64,000 nucleotides of DNA, from assembly GCA_031407385.1 (NCBI GenBank), contig JANOIH010000014.1:1555-65554 (forward strand), in the 5' to 3' direction. Made by a program: the position numbers and the translations under genes. Source of the DNA: Candidatus Altimarinota bacterium (GTDB lineage Bacteria; Patescibacteriota; Gracilibacteria; BD1-5; UBA2023). Under the pieces are notes generated by a model. It ran no database searches. It worked only from the letters and a program-made list of their open reading frames with translations, and had not been told where the DNA came from. Of the stretch, positions 22,903 through 33,227 are shown piece after piece; positions within the stretch are counted from its first letter, which is position 1; each line of letters opens with the position of its first letter.

Positions 22903-22926
22903 TAAAATCCCTATAACTCAATTTTT

Positions 22927-23385
22927 ATGTCAAATCTCTCAACTATCGGTCCAGTTCCTGGATCTCAGACTCGCAGAACACGTGTAGCACGCGGACGCGG
23001 TACTGGTATCGGAGGTACATCTGGTCGTGGTATGAACGGTCAGAACTCACGTACAGGAAAAGGAAAACGCTATCCTACATTCGAAGGAGGACAGACTCGT
23101 CTCTTCATGCGTATCCCGAAGAAGCGTGGATTCACAGCGTACAAGCCAGAGCAGTTCGTGGTAGTCAACCTCGATACTCTCCAGGCTCTCGCAGACCTCG
23201 GAATCACGACTATCGACTACGCAATCCTCTACGAGCGCCGTATCATCCGAGAGAAGAACAAGACTCTGAAGATCCTCGGACGTGGTAAGCTATCTGCGAA
23301 GGTCGAAGTCACTGCAGATACTGCATCTGTAAGTGCGAAGGCTGCTATCGAGAAGGCAGGAGGAACCCTCACTGTTTCTGAGTAA
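22927..23385 (+). CDS. rplO: 50S ribosomal protein L15
   Basis: RVARGRGTGIGGTSGRGMNGQNSRTG. It starts 24 nt after rpsE, so there is no room for rpmD. Confidence 0.95.
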   Translation: MSNLSTIGPVPGSQTRRTRVARGRGTGIGGTSGRGMNGQNSRTGKGKRYPTFEGGQTRLFMRIPKKRGFTAYKPEQFVVVNLDTLQALADLGITTIDYAILYERRIIREKNKTLKILGRGKLSAKVEVTADTASVSAKAAIEKAGGTLTVSE

Positions 23386-23399
23386 TCATATATCATACC

Positions 23400-23431
23400 A
23401 TCCCTGACTCATACGAGTTGGGGATTTTTTA
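23400..23431 (+). terminator. rho-independent terminator after rplO
   Basis: ATCCCTGACTC / GAGTTGGGGAT forms an 11-bp stem (two G-U pairs) with loop ATAC, followed by TTTTTT. Confidence 0.65.
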
Positions 23432-23480
23432 TATTGTGTTCTCGGCTTGCAAAAGGAGAGGGATTCTATAGAATACTCGG

Positions 23481-23641
23481 GCTAAAATTCCTTCATTCTC
23501 AAGAATCTCTCTTTGTATTAAATAAACGCAAGGGCAACTGAACAAGTTGCTCAGCCCTTTTGTTTTTAATACAAATTGGGAAGGAATTTTAGCGAATTAC
23601 GAGTGACGACTTCGGTTGCCCTTTTAGTTTGCTAAAATTCC
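23481..23641 (+). other. 113-nt nested perfect hairpin plus a third competing copy of its 5' arm
   Basis: Stem 1: GCTAAAATTCCTTC (23481-23494) with GAAGGAATTTTAGC (23580-23593). Stem 2: TTTGTATTAAA (23512-23522) with TTTAATACAAA (23565-23575). Stem 3: AAGGGCAAC (23530-23538) with GTTGC-tca-GCCCTT (23546-23559). GCTAAAATTCC is repeated at 23631-23641. Confidence 0.6.
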
Positions 23642-23696
23642 AAAACGCATCTCATGAAGACCTCTTTTAGCATTTACTTTTGTAAGTGCTTTTATT

Positions 23697-25586
23697 ATGA
23701 CTTATCTCCAGAAGATATTCTCCAATCCTGCCGAGTCACTCTCGATATTCACGCGTGATGAGATAGACGAGCTCGATGCTCGTATCTATGAGCGAGATGG
23801 CAAGCTCTATCTGAGTAGTTATTCGAGATGAGAAGAAGAGAAACAAGTCTGGAGTGATAAAAAATCTGCACCCGAAGAGATCGTGAGACAACTCTATCTG
23901 CGTGAGCTCCTGAAGAAATACAAGTATCCAAAAGAACGAGTGGATATAGAAAAATCTGTCCGATTCGGTCGTGAGACTAAGCGAGTCGATATCGTGATAT
24001 ATTCCGAGGACAACGAAACTCCGCACCTCATGGTTGAGGTCAAGGCTCCTCATGAGAAGAACGATGTCGAGCAACTTAAGAGCTATCTCAATGCTGATGG
24101 GACACCTTTCGGAGTTGCTACCAATGGGAAGTCTGTACTCATCCTCTATCGTCCATATCCGAAGGATTTCGATACACTCGCTGATATCCCGAAGTTCGGA
24201 GAGACGATCGATGATGTCCTCAGTCGTCGTATTATGCTCGCAGATCTGGTAGAGCCTAAGCAACTCAAAGAAGTCATCGAGAATATCGAAGAACTCGTAC
24301 TTGCGAATTCTGGATTCGATAGTTTTGATGAGATATTCAAGCTCATCTATGCCAAGCTCCATGATGAGAAGGAGTCTATAGAAAATCCCGATAGACCACT
24401 CGAATTTCGCAAGTCTCCGACTAAAGATGCCAAGAGAACTGAAGATGACATATTTAGGCTTTTTGATGAAGCAAAGAAACGATGGCCATGAGTATTCGAA
24501 AAAAGTGATAAGATCAAACTCCTTCCTGAGCATCTCTCTATCTGTGTAGGTGAGATCGAGACATTCAAGCTCCTCGGTACCAATCTGCAGGTCATCGATG
24601 AGGCATTCGAATATCTCATCCCTGATGTTGCCAAGAGTAAGAAGTGACAATACTTCACTCCTCGTATCGTGATCGATATGTGTGTCCGTATGATGCAACC
24701 AGGAGAAAAAGAAAAGGTCATCGATACTGCCTGTGGTTCGGGTGGGTTCCTCATCCATACGATGGAATATCTCAAAAAAAGACATAATTGGACGAATACC
24801 AAGATGTCCTCTTATGCAAAACAAAGCCTATTCGGGATCGATTTCGATGAGAAGTCATCGAAGATAGCTCGTGCTATGATGCTCATCGCCTGAGATGGGA
24901 AGAGTCATATCTATAAGGAGAATTCTCTCGATAGTGCCTCGTGGTCTGAAGAGTCAAAATCAGATTTCAAAAAAGAGGAACTCCTCACAGAGTTTGAGGA
25001 ATACTCGATGAATGAACAAAACAAAAAAGAATACCTTCACTTCAACTTCGATGTGCTCCTCGCGAATCCTCCGTTCGCAGGAGAGGTCAAAGAATCTGCG
25101 ACACTCGCCAAGTTCCAACTCGGTAAACATCCGAAAACAGGGAAAAATATCGACAATATCTCTCGGCATCTCCTCTTCATCGAACGCAACCTCAACTTCG
25201 TACGACCAGGTGGACGACTGGCTCTCGTACTACCACAGTGAGTATTCAACAATACGAGTGAGGAGTATATCCGCAACTTCATGATGGCACATGCTCGCAT
25301 CCTTGCTGTAGTTGGTATCGAGGCGAATAGCTTCAAGCCACATACAGGAACCAAGACAAGTGTGATATTCCTCCAGAAGTGGGATGCAGTGACCAATCCG
25401 AGGATCGAGAACTATCCGATATTCTTCGCTACATCGAAGATAGCATTCAAGAATAACTCATGAGACTATGTCTATCGCGATACGAGCTCACGCAATGTGG
25501 ATAATCTCCAATCTGACCTCCTCCAGATTGCTGAGGCTTTTGAGGTGTGGGGACGAGAGCAGGGATTTAGTTTTTTAAGTGAATAG
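23697..25586 (+). CDS. hsdM: type I-like N6-adenine DNA methyltransferase with N-terminal HSDR_N-like domain
   Basis: Motif I VIDTACGSGGFL and motif IV LANPPFAG. The N-terminal VDIVIYSEDNETPHLMVEVKAP resembles the HSDR_N fold. Five in-frame TGA. TAG stop at 25584-25586. 629 aa. Confidence 0.85.
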
Positions 25587-25592
25587 CAGTCT

Positions 25593-27029
25593 ATGTCTCC
25601 TCAGCTTCTCTCCACATCACTCACTTCTCTCATCCAAAAGTATAATTTGGATATTTCAATTGTAGAATTGAAATATCTTGAAGAATCAAAGCGAATCGAT
25701 GCAGAGTATTACAAGCAAGAGTTTCTGATACCAAGAAGAGAATGATTAGATTTTTTACCAATAGGTGATTTTCTAACAAAATGTGAATATGGATTATCTC
25801 TTGCAATGAATGAAGATTGAATATGAGAAAAAATATTTCGTATGAATGACTTAGTTAATTGAGTTGCTATAAATGATCATTTAAAGTTTGTTGATATTGA
25901 TAAAAGTGATTTTGAGAAATATAAAATTAAAAAGAATGATATTCTCTTTAATCGTGTAAATTCTATAGATTTTGTTGGTCGTACAGGTATTTTTAAATCT
26001 TCCAATGAAGACTCTGTTTTTGCTTCTTATCTTGTAAGAGTAAATGTTGATGAGTCTAGAATTAAGCCTGATTACTTGAATTTGTTCCTTAATTCTAAAT
26101 TTGGAAGAAAAGAAATTCTACGAAAAGCTCGACGAGCAGTAAATCAGGCAAATGTAAATGCTGAAGAACTCAAGAGAATAAACCTGCCCCTTCTTTCTTA
26201 TTCATTTCAAGAAAAATTAGAAATTCTTTCAGATGAATCCTTCAGGAATTTAGAAATATCAAAGTCTCTCTATGCCGAGGCAGAGCAAATCCTCCTCGGA
26301 GAACTCTTACTCATAGGCTGGACTCCGACAGAAGTCGGTATAGCCCAGAAGATGAGTGCAGAGGTGCAGCTCTTCGGACGATGTGATGCGGAGTTCTTCC
26401 AGCCAAAATATGATGAGCTATTCGAGAAACTAGCGAAATTCCAGACACCGAAACTCGGGGATATCGTAGATTATCAGAAGTGAGTTGAGCCATGAGCGGA
26501 TGCATATAGTGAATCTGGTATTCCTTTTATCCGTGTAGCGGATGTGAGTATAGATGGGATCGATAGTATCGAGAAGAATATATCCTCAGAACTCCTTATA
26601 GAATACGGTGAGCGATATTCACCGAAAAAAGATGAGATACTCTTCACGAAAGATGGAACTATCGGGATATCTTTCGTCGTGAATGAAGATATGAGAGCGG
26701 TTCTGAGCGGAGCATTCCTCAGACTGCAGAAGAAGATAGAGATAGAGAGTGAGTATCTTGCTCTTGTTCTCAATTCTATGGTTTCCAAGATGCAGATCGA
26801 GAGATTTTCTGGATGAGCAATTATTGCCCACCTAAAACCGAGTGATGCTATGGAGATACTAATTCCTGTTTTATCTCCAGATATCCAGTCTCTCATATCT
26901 TCTCGGATCATCGCTTCTCATATTGCCCGTGAAACATCAAGAATTCTCCTTGAGCGAGCGAAGAGAGCCGTAGAGATATACATCGAGAAAGATGAGAAGA
27001 GTGCAGAGATATATCTATGAGCCCAATAA
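25593..27029 (+). CDS. hsdS: type I restriction-modification specificity subunit with two target-recognition domains
   Basis: Internal two-fold repeat RIDAEYYKQEF / RCDAEFFQPKY. Also ILFNRVNSIDFVGRTG and ILFTKDGTIGISF. Many TGA codons. The TGA at 27018 is read through to TAA at 27027-27029. Confidence 0.85.
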
Positions 27030-27040
27030 TTATCTCACAC

Positions 27041-27082
27041 TTGACCATACTTTCCATACGTAGACAGTATGGGAATATTTTC
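27041..27082 (+). repeat. 42-bp direct repeat, copy 1 (promoter-like)
   Basis: TTGACCATACTTTCCATACGTAGACAGTATGGGAATATTTTC. About 32 of 42 positions match copy 2. Confidence 0.6.
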
Positions 27083-27437
27083 CTACGCTTACCGCCTTAT
27101 GGGTATGAAAGAGAAAGAATGATTTGAGGGCCAGTGAAGAATTTGTTATGTTTTAAGTAAATAACAACAATTAAAACAGTTTCACAACAATATTTATGCG
27201 TAATTCATTGATCTGTAAGGCAATATGTACCACAACAACTAAAAATATTTACAACAACTTCAACAATAGAAATGCCTATCTCATGATATGAATTTTATTT
27301 GATGGTTAATTGATTCCGCAGATCCAATAACTATTGGTAGGCACCAATAAGCTCTATTTTAAAGCAAAATCTTATTTGATGGTTATTTGATGACTGTTCA
27401 TATAAAAATGAAGATAAGTATGATGTATAAAAACTGA

Positions 27438-27479
27438 TTGACCCCACTCCCCATACGCATATAGTATGAGAGTATTTTC
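27438..27479 (+). repeat. 42-bp direct repeat, copy 2; likely promoter of the lipoprotein gene
   Basis: TTGACCCCACTCCCCATACGCATATAGTATGAGAGTATTTTC. TTGACC, 16-nt spacer, TATAGT, about 30 nt upstream of the ATG at 27495. Confidence 0.6.
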
Positions 27480-27494
27480 TTAACTTTTCTTTTT

Positions 27495-27953
27495 ATGCGA
27501 TCTCTCCTCCCTCTCGCGATATCGGCTCTCGCTCTCATCATGACGGGTTGTACTCTCCCGTTCCAGTCACCAACCGTTCCTGTCGTTCCGACGAGCTCCG
27601 GAGTGGCACCTATCAGTACTGGAGTATCACTTCCTCTTCCTGCTCTCGCAACACTCACGCCATTCTTGGCTCGTGGGACCGAGCCGTTCTGGGCGTTCCA
27701 ACAGACGGCAACAGGGGCCAAGTACTCAGTTCCAGGAGGTATGATGGGAGGAGTAGATGAGATGTACTATACGACTGTGGAGACGATCTCTGGGACAACG
27801 ATCATCGTGAACGCGACTCCGATCGCGACGGGATCATTGATCAAGGTGACACTCGTGCCAGGAACGTGTAGCGATGGGATGAGTGATATCGTCTATCCAT
27901 ATATGGCAACCCTCGTACTCCCGAGTGAGACTCGTACTGGATGTGCGAACTAG
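27495..27953 (+). CDS. lipoprotein
   Basis: Signal peptide with lipobox LALIMTG-C. 152 aa. Contains an ARGTEPFWAF motif. Confidence 0.7.
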   Translation: MRSLLPLAISALALIMTGCTLPFQSPTVPVVPTSSGVAPISTGVSLPLPALATLTPFLARGTEPFWAFQQTATGAKYSVPGGMMGGVDEMYYTTVETISGTTIIVNATPIATGSLIKVTLVPGTCSDGMSDIVYPYMATLVLPSETRTGCAN

Positions 27954-27981
27954 CTTTTGCTCACTCTGGTCTGTTTTTCAT

Positions 27982-28009
27982 TTGATTTCTCTCACTTTTT
28001 CCCTATAAT
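27982..28009 (+). promoter_or_regulatory. sigma70-type promoter upstream of secY
   Basis: TTGATT, 16-nt spacer, TATAAT (28004-28009), then a CCGCGC discriminator. Confidence 0.5.
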
Positions 28010-28032
28010 CCGCGCATCTCTTATTTTCTCTT

Positions 28033-29346
28033 ATGATTGCTAACATACAAAAAGTCTGGTCAACTGAACATATCCGTAAAAAGATCATATTCACACTCAT
28101 CATGATCGCGGTCTACAAGCTCCTCTCTGCTATCCCAGTTCCTGGGGTGAACGTAGAACTCTTGACGACTTTTACTGAACAACTGCGTGCCAACACACAG
28201 CTTGCATTCTTTGGTTCTCTGATGGGTGGTGGTCTCGAGCAGTTCTCGATCATCCTCATGGGTCTCGCACCATATATCAACGCGACCATCATCATCCAGC
28301 TCCTCGCGGTGATCATCCCATCACTCGAGTCACTGAAGAAGGAAGGTGAACAAGGACAGAAGAAGCTCAACAACTATACACGTTGGCTCACGATCCCACT
28401 CGCACTCGCACAGAGCTACGGTATGATCTACCTGCTCAATAGTATCATCAACGTAGGAGATGTCCAGATCGTCGATACGACTAACTTCCTCGGAGTCGTC
28501 CTCCCAGCGATGATCTGTATCACAGCAGGTACGATGATCCTCCTCTGGCTCGGAGATCTCATCACAGAGATGGGGATCGGGAATGGTTCGTCTATCATCA
28601 TCTTCGCGGGTGTCCTCGCTGCTGTGCCACAGCATATCCTCGGGTATACGACAGCTGGGAACTACTCACTCCTCTTCCTCCTCGCGGTTCTCACTGTAGC
28701 AGTTATCTATATCATCGTCCGCTTCACAGAAGGATATCGCAAGGTTCCCCTTATCTATACTCGTACAGGTCGTGATGAGAGATCGTATTTTCCTATTCGT
28801 GTGAACCAGGCTGGTATGGTACCTATCATCTTCGCGATCGCCATCATCACCTTCCCATCTCTCATCGGACAGATCCTCGCGAAACGTGGGACTGGTATGA
28901 GTGCAGATATCGGAGCATGGCTCTCGACGAATCTCTCTATGCAGAACCCAAGTTGGATCTATATCGCTATCTATTTTCTCCTGGTTATCGGATTCGCCTT
29001 CTTCTACGTATCGATCACGTTCAACACGACCGATGTCGCTGAGAACATCCAGAAGCGCGGAGGATACATCCCAGGTATCCGCCCAGGCAAGGAAACTGCA
29101 GAATATCTCCAGAAGACCTCTGATCGTCTCAACCTGTGGGGAGGAGGATTCCTTGCTCTCATCGCTGTCTTCCCATATGTGATGACCAAGATCGTCCCGA
29201 TGCTCGGATTCTCACTCTCTGGTACGACTCAGATCGATTTTCTCATCTCTGGTTCTGGACTGATCATCGTGGTCGGTGTGATCCTCGATATCATCCGTCG
29301 TATCGATGCAGATATGAAGAGTTATGATTATAAGAAGTTCTACTAG
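28033..29346 (+). CDS. secY: preprotein translocase subunit SecY
   Basis: 437 aa and multi-pass. Contains IPVPGV, GLAPYINATIIIQLL and GGYIPGIRPGKET. Confidence 0.96.
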   Translation: MIANIQKVWSTEHIRKKIIFTLIMIAVYKLLSAIPVPGVNVELLTTFTEQLRANTQLAFFGSLMGGGLEQFSIILMGLAPYINATIIIQLLAVIIPSLESLKKEGEQGQKKLNNYTRWLTIPLALAQSYGMIYLLNSIINVGDVQIVDTTNFLGVVLPAMICITAGTMILLWLGDLITEMGIGNGSSIIIFAGVLAAVPQHILGYTTAGNYSLLFLLAVLTVAVIYIIVRFTEGYRKVPLIYTRTGRDERSYFPIRVNQAGMVPIIFAIAIITFPSLIGQILAKRGTGMSADIGAWLSTNLSMQNPSWIYIAIYFLLVIGFAFFYVSITFNTTDVAENIQKRGGYIPGIRPGKETAEYLQKTSDRLNLWGGGFLALIAVFPYVMTKIVPMLGFSLSGTTQIDFLISGSGLIIVVGVILDIIRRIDADMKSYDYKKFY

Positions 29347-29388
29347 TTAGACAGATGACTTTTGTACCATAAGGGTATACATTACAAT

Positions 29389-29455
29389 ATCATCCTGAGG
29401 CACGAAGGATCTGCTCCTGAAACAATGATATAGATTCCTCCTTCGTCGCCAGTGA
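29389..29455. repeat. GTCA-hairpin repeat element, copy E (two inverted units)
   Basis: TCATCCTGAGGCACGAAGGATC (29389-29410) faces GATTCCTCCTTCGTCGCCAGTGAC (29432-29455), whose reverse complement is GTCACTGGCGACGAAGGAGGAATC. Confidence 0.6.
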
Positions 29456-29537
29456 CAAAAGGGGGAATTTTCTATAAAAAGATTCCTCTGTGTATGTGTT
29501 TCTGTTTGTAATCTTTTTATATTGTAATACTTTTTCT

Positions 29538-30140
29538 ATGAAAATCTGCGTCTGGGATACTGAGACTACTGGGTTCGCGACGAAGGGATGAGATATCACG
29601 CAACAGCCATATATCATCCAGTTTGCTGCGATCGTCTGAGAACTCGAGAGTGACGGGACATATACTGAGATCTCTCGTCATGATATGTTGATTCGACCAC
29701 CGATCTCGATTCCTTTTGGTGCTTCGCAGGTGAATGGTATCTATGATGCGACGGTCGCAGATAAGCCTCCCTTTGCTCCCCATGCTGATGAGATTCTGAA
29801 GGTTCTCAATAGTGCCGATATCGTATCCGGACACAATATCTCCTACGATGAAGAGATACTCTCCTACGAGCTCCAGAGACTGGGCCGTGTAGGTGAGTAT
29901 GCACCGATGAGTACGGTCTGTACGATGCGATCATCGACCGATCACTGTCAGTTGCAGTGACGAGGATTTTCTTTCAAACCGCCGAAGCTCGCCGAACTCC
30001 ATAGATTCCTCTTCGATGAGTACTTCGAGTGAGCACATGATGCGATGATCGATGTCGAGGCGACAATGCGATGCTTCCTCGAACTCGTGAAGAGAGGAGT
30101 CATCCAAGTAGAAACCAATAATGTTATGCGACTGTTTTAG
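29538..30140 (+). CDS. DEDDh 3'-5' exonuclease (DnaQ/epsilon-like)
   Basis: ExoI WDTETTG, ExoII GHNISYDEEIL and ExoIII G-AHDAMIDVEAT. Four in-frame TGA. 200 aa. TAG stop. Confidence 0.8.
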
Positions 30141-30317
30141 TGTTATGGAACTTCTGAAAAACTACGAATTTCTTTGTTAGAACAATTTATTTCTTAGTCA
30201 CTTACATATCAGTAAGCTCCTTTCGAAAAAATTATTCTGCCTCGAACTTCTTGTTTTTGAGAAATTCCGAATTGTGTAAAGACTCCTTATGTTGATATTC
30301 TTTTATATATATTGCCC

Positions 30318-31709
30318 ATGCTTTTCCGAGAACTCCCGATCATAGAACCGATCCTACGCGCTATCACCGATGAGTGATATGAGACGCCGACCCCTATCCA
30401 AGCACAGGCGATCCCATCCATCCTCCAGGGCCGAGACTTCCAGTGACTCGCTCAGACGGGTACAGGGAAGACGGCAGCTTTTGCTATCCCGATCATCCAG
30501 CTCCTCGTCGCTCGCAAGGATCCCAATAAGTGAAAGCGCAAGATCAAAGCCCTCATCGTGACACCAACTCGTGAACTAGCTATCCAGATCGAGGAGAGCT
30601 TCCAGGCGTATGGACGATATGCAGGACTCCATCAGACGGTCGTATTCGGTGGAGTGAGTCAGGGCAAGCAGGTTGAGAGACTTCGCCAAGGTGTTGATAT
30701 CCTCATCGCTACCCCTGGACGTCTTCTCGATCTCATGGGACAAGGGTATATCTCACTCGCTGATGTAGAGATATTCGTCCTGGATGAGGCGGATCGTATG
30801 CTCGATATGGGATTTGTCCATGATGTGAAGAAGCTCCTGAAGGTTATACCCGTGAAGCGTCAGACTCTGTTTTTCTCAGCGACTATGGCTCCAGCGATCG
30901 CGACCCTCGCTCATAGCATGCTGAAGAATCCACTGAAGGTAGAGATCACACCCGTCTCGACTACGGCTGAGACGATCACACAACACGTCTATCATGTGGA
31001 TAAGGTGAACAAGAATCCACTCATGGTACATATCCTCCAAGATATCAAGATCAAAAATGTACTCGTATTCACTGAGACTAAGCATGGGGCTGATAAGGTC
31101 GCAAGGTTCCTCATCGAGAAGGGGATATCTGCCGAGGCAATCCACGGCAACAAGTCTCAGAACAACCGCCAACGCGCACTTGCCAACTTCAAGTCACAAG
31201 AGACTCGAGTCCTCGTCGCAACTGATATCGCCTCACGTGGGATCGATATCGATGCGCTGGAGTATATGATCAACTATGATATCCCCAATATCTCTGAGAC
31301 GTATGTCCACCGTATCGGACGTACGGGTCGAGCAGGAGCTCGTGGTGTCGCATATTCGTTCTGTGAGCATGACGACCTCGAGTTCCTTCGCGATATCGAG
31401 CGTTTGATATCGCAGTCTATCCCCGTTATCGAGGATCATCCATTCCCGAAGACGAACTTCACCCTCTCTCCTCCCAAGGTACAACAAGCACGACCACCAC
31501 GTCGTCCTCAGGGCGCTCCAGGATCCAAGGCGCTCACCCATAGATCCCATCAGTGAGATGCAGCAGGGTCACGAGCAGGAACGCCTCCACCACCACGTCC
31601 GCAATCTGCGAAACCAGCCCCACGCAAAGACTGGAAAAAGCCAGATGCCCCTCGTCCACCACGATCTGGTGGAGGATTCGCCCCACGATCTGGAGGGAGT
31701 GGGAGATAG
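30318..31709 (+). CDS. DEAD-box ATP-dependent RNA helicase with Arg/Gly/Pro-rich tail
   Basis: Q motif G-YETPTPIQ, then [24 protein letters not shown] and [10 protein letters not shown]. The N-terminal part is restored by reading 3 TGA. Followed codon by codon to TAG at 31707-31709. Confidence 0.92.
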
Positions 31710-31863
31710 GGATTATTGTATGGGAGTTCACATTTTGTACTCTCGGATTTTCATCCCAGGATCCGAGAACTAGCATAGAAAAATAGAGAACATAAAAAAA
31801 GATTTGCATTATAGCGCCTTTTATATATACTTCGCGAGCAATTTTTATAAGCAGTACACAGCA

Positions 31864-32139
31864 ATGCCAAAAGACGACAAAATCGAAGTCGAAGGAAAAG
31901 TCCTCAAGTCTCTTCCAGGCGCTATCTTCGAGGTAGAGCTTCCAGAAGCCTTCTCGAACATGGTGATCCGTGCGTATGTCTCAGGCAAGATGCAGAAGAA
32001 CCTCATCCGTCTCATCCCATGAGACACCGTGATGGTCGAGCTCACGCCGTATGATCTCTCACGAGGTCGTATCACATTCCGCAAGCCCAATGCCAATGCT
32101 CCTGTAAGAACTCCGCAAAATAATCACAATCGAAAATAA
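31864..32139 (+). CDS. infA: translation initiation factor IF-1
   Basis: IEVEGKVLKSLPGAIFEVEL... then [23 protein letters not shown], with the TGA at 32020-32022 falling on the conserved Gly. Confidence 0.93.
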
Positions 32140-32230
32140 TCCAATCCCTGGATTTAAAGCTCAAGGAATGAAAATTATAGTATCATTCCTCACTTCCTTG
32201 TTATAATAACTACCCCTTAACTTTTTTCCC

Positions 32231-32347
32231 ATGAAAGTCCGCCCATCAGTCAAGAAAATCTGTGATAAGTGTGTTATCATCCGTCGTAAGGGTGTCGTTC
32301 GTGTTATCTGTTCTTCCGAACCAAAACACAAACAACGACAAGGGTAA
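32231..32347 (+). CDS. rpmJ: 50S ribosomal protein L36
   Basis: [38 protein letters not shown]. Absent from the track because it is under 60 aa. Confidence 0.93.
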   Translation: MKVRPSVKKICDKCVIIRRKGVVRVICSSEPKHKQRQG

Positions 32348-32387
32348 GCCGGTCAACTTCAATACTAAATTCTAATTACTATTCATT

Positions 32388-32753
32388 ATGGCACGTATCG
32401 CTGGAGTCAATCTCCCTGATTCAAAACATGCAGAGATCTCACTTATGTATATATATGGTGTAGGTCGTTCACTTGGACAACAGATCCTCACGAAGGTAGG
32501 GATCGCTTGGAACAAGAAGATGGGTGATCTCTCAGAATCTGAGCTCGATCTCATCCGTGACGAACTCAAGAAGTATATCATCGAAGGTGATCTTCGTCGA
32601 GAAGTAGCAGGTAATATCAAGCGCCTCACGGAGATCGGTACATACCGTGGATCTCGTCATAAGAAGCGTCTCCCAGTTCGTGGTCAGCGCACCAAGACGA
32701 ACGCTCGTACTCGTAAGGGTAAGGCAGTCGCTATCCAGAATAAGAAAAAATAG
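32388..32753 (+). CDS. rpsM: 30S ribosomal protein S13
   Basis: [10 protein letters not shown]... and [23 protein letters not shown]. Confidence 0.96.
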   Translation: MARIAGVNLPDSKHAEISLMYIYGVGRSLGQQILTKVGIAWNKKMGDLSESELDLIRDELKKYIIEGDLRREVAGNIKRLTEIGTYRGSRHKKRLPVRGQRTKTNARTRKGKAVAIQNKKK

Positions 32754-32834
32754 TCGGTTAGTATATTGGTGACTTGTCCTGAGACAAAAACCAATCACTA
32801 TCCTACCCATCACTATCCCACTAATTAACTATCT

Positions 32835-33227
32835 ATGGCTACTCCAACACTTCGTCGCTCGAAGAAAACTCGTAAAAATGTTCCAGAAGCGATTGTATTC
32901 ATCACTGCTACACTCAACAATACTCATATCGTGGTCTCTGATCTCTCTGGTCATGTCCTCACTTGGGCAACAGGTGGAAGCTCTGGATTCAAGGGTGCTC
33001 GTGAAGCAACTCCATACGCAGCTCAGATCACTGCTGAGAACGCAGTATCTAAGGCAAAGACACTTCACAATGTCGAACGTGTAACAGTATACGTAAAGGG
33101 TATCGGTTCTGGTCGTGAACAAGCAATCCGTGGTATCACTACCGCAGGTGTTGATCTCACTGCCATCTACGATGTGACTCCAGTTCCACACAACGGATGC
33201 CGCAAACGTAAGGCCCGTAAGCTCTAA
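32835..33227 (+). CDS. rpsK: 30S ribosomal protein S11
   Basis: GFKGAREATPYAAQ... and TPVPHNGCRKRKARK. Confidence 0.96.
   Translation: MATPTLRRSKKTRKNVPEAIVFITATLNNTHIVVSDLSGHVLTWATGGSSGFKGAREATPYAAQITAENAVSKAKTLHNVERVTVYVKGIGSGREQAIRGITTAGVDLTAIYDVTPVPHNGCRKRKARKL

Noticed and set aside
23736-24824. A 362-aa ORF on the minus strand, the longest in this region of the track.
   Set aside because: It is antisense to hsdM, which has clear methyltransferase motifs. Its sequence is low-complexity with no motifs, typical of a stop-poor antisense frame.
27084-27437. A possible small gene or hsdR remnant in the AT-rich tract after hsdS.
   Set aside because: There is no ORF over 30 codons in any of the six frames, even with TGA as sense, and no helicase or nuclease motif fragments.
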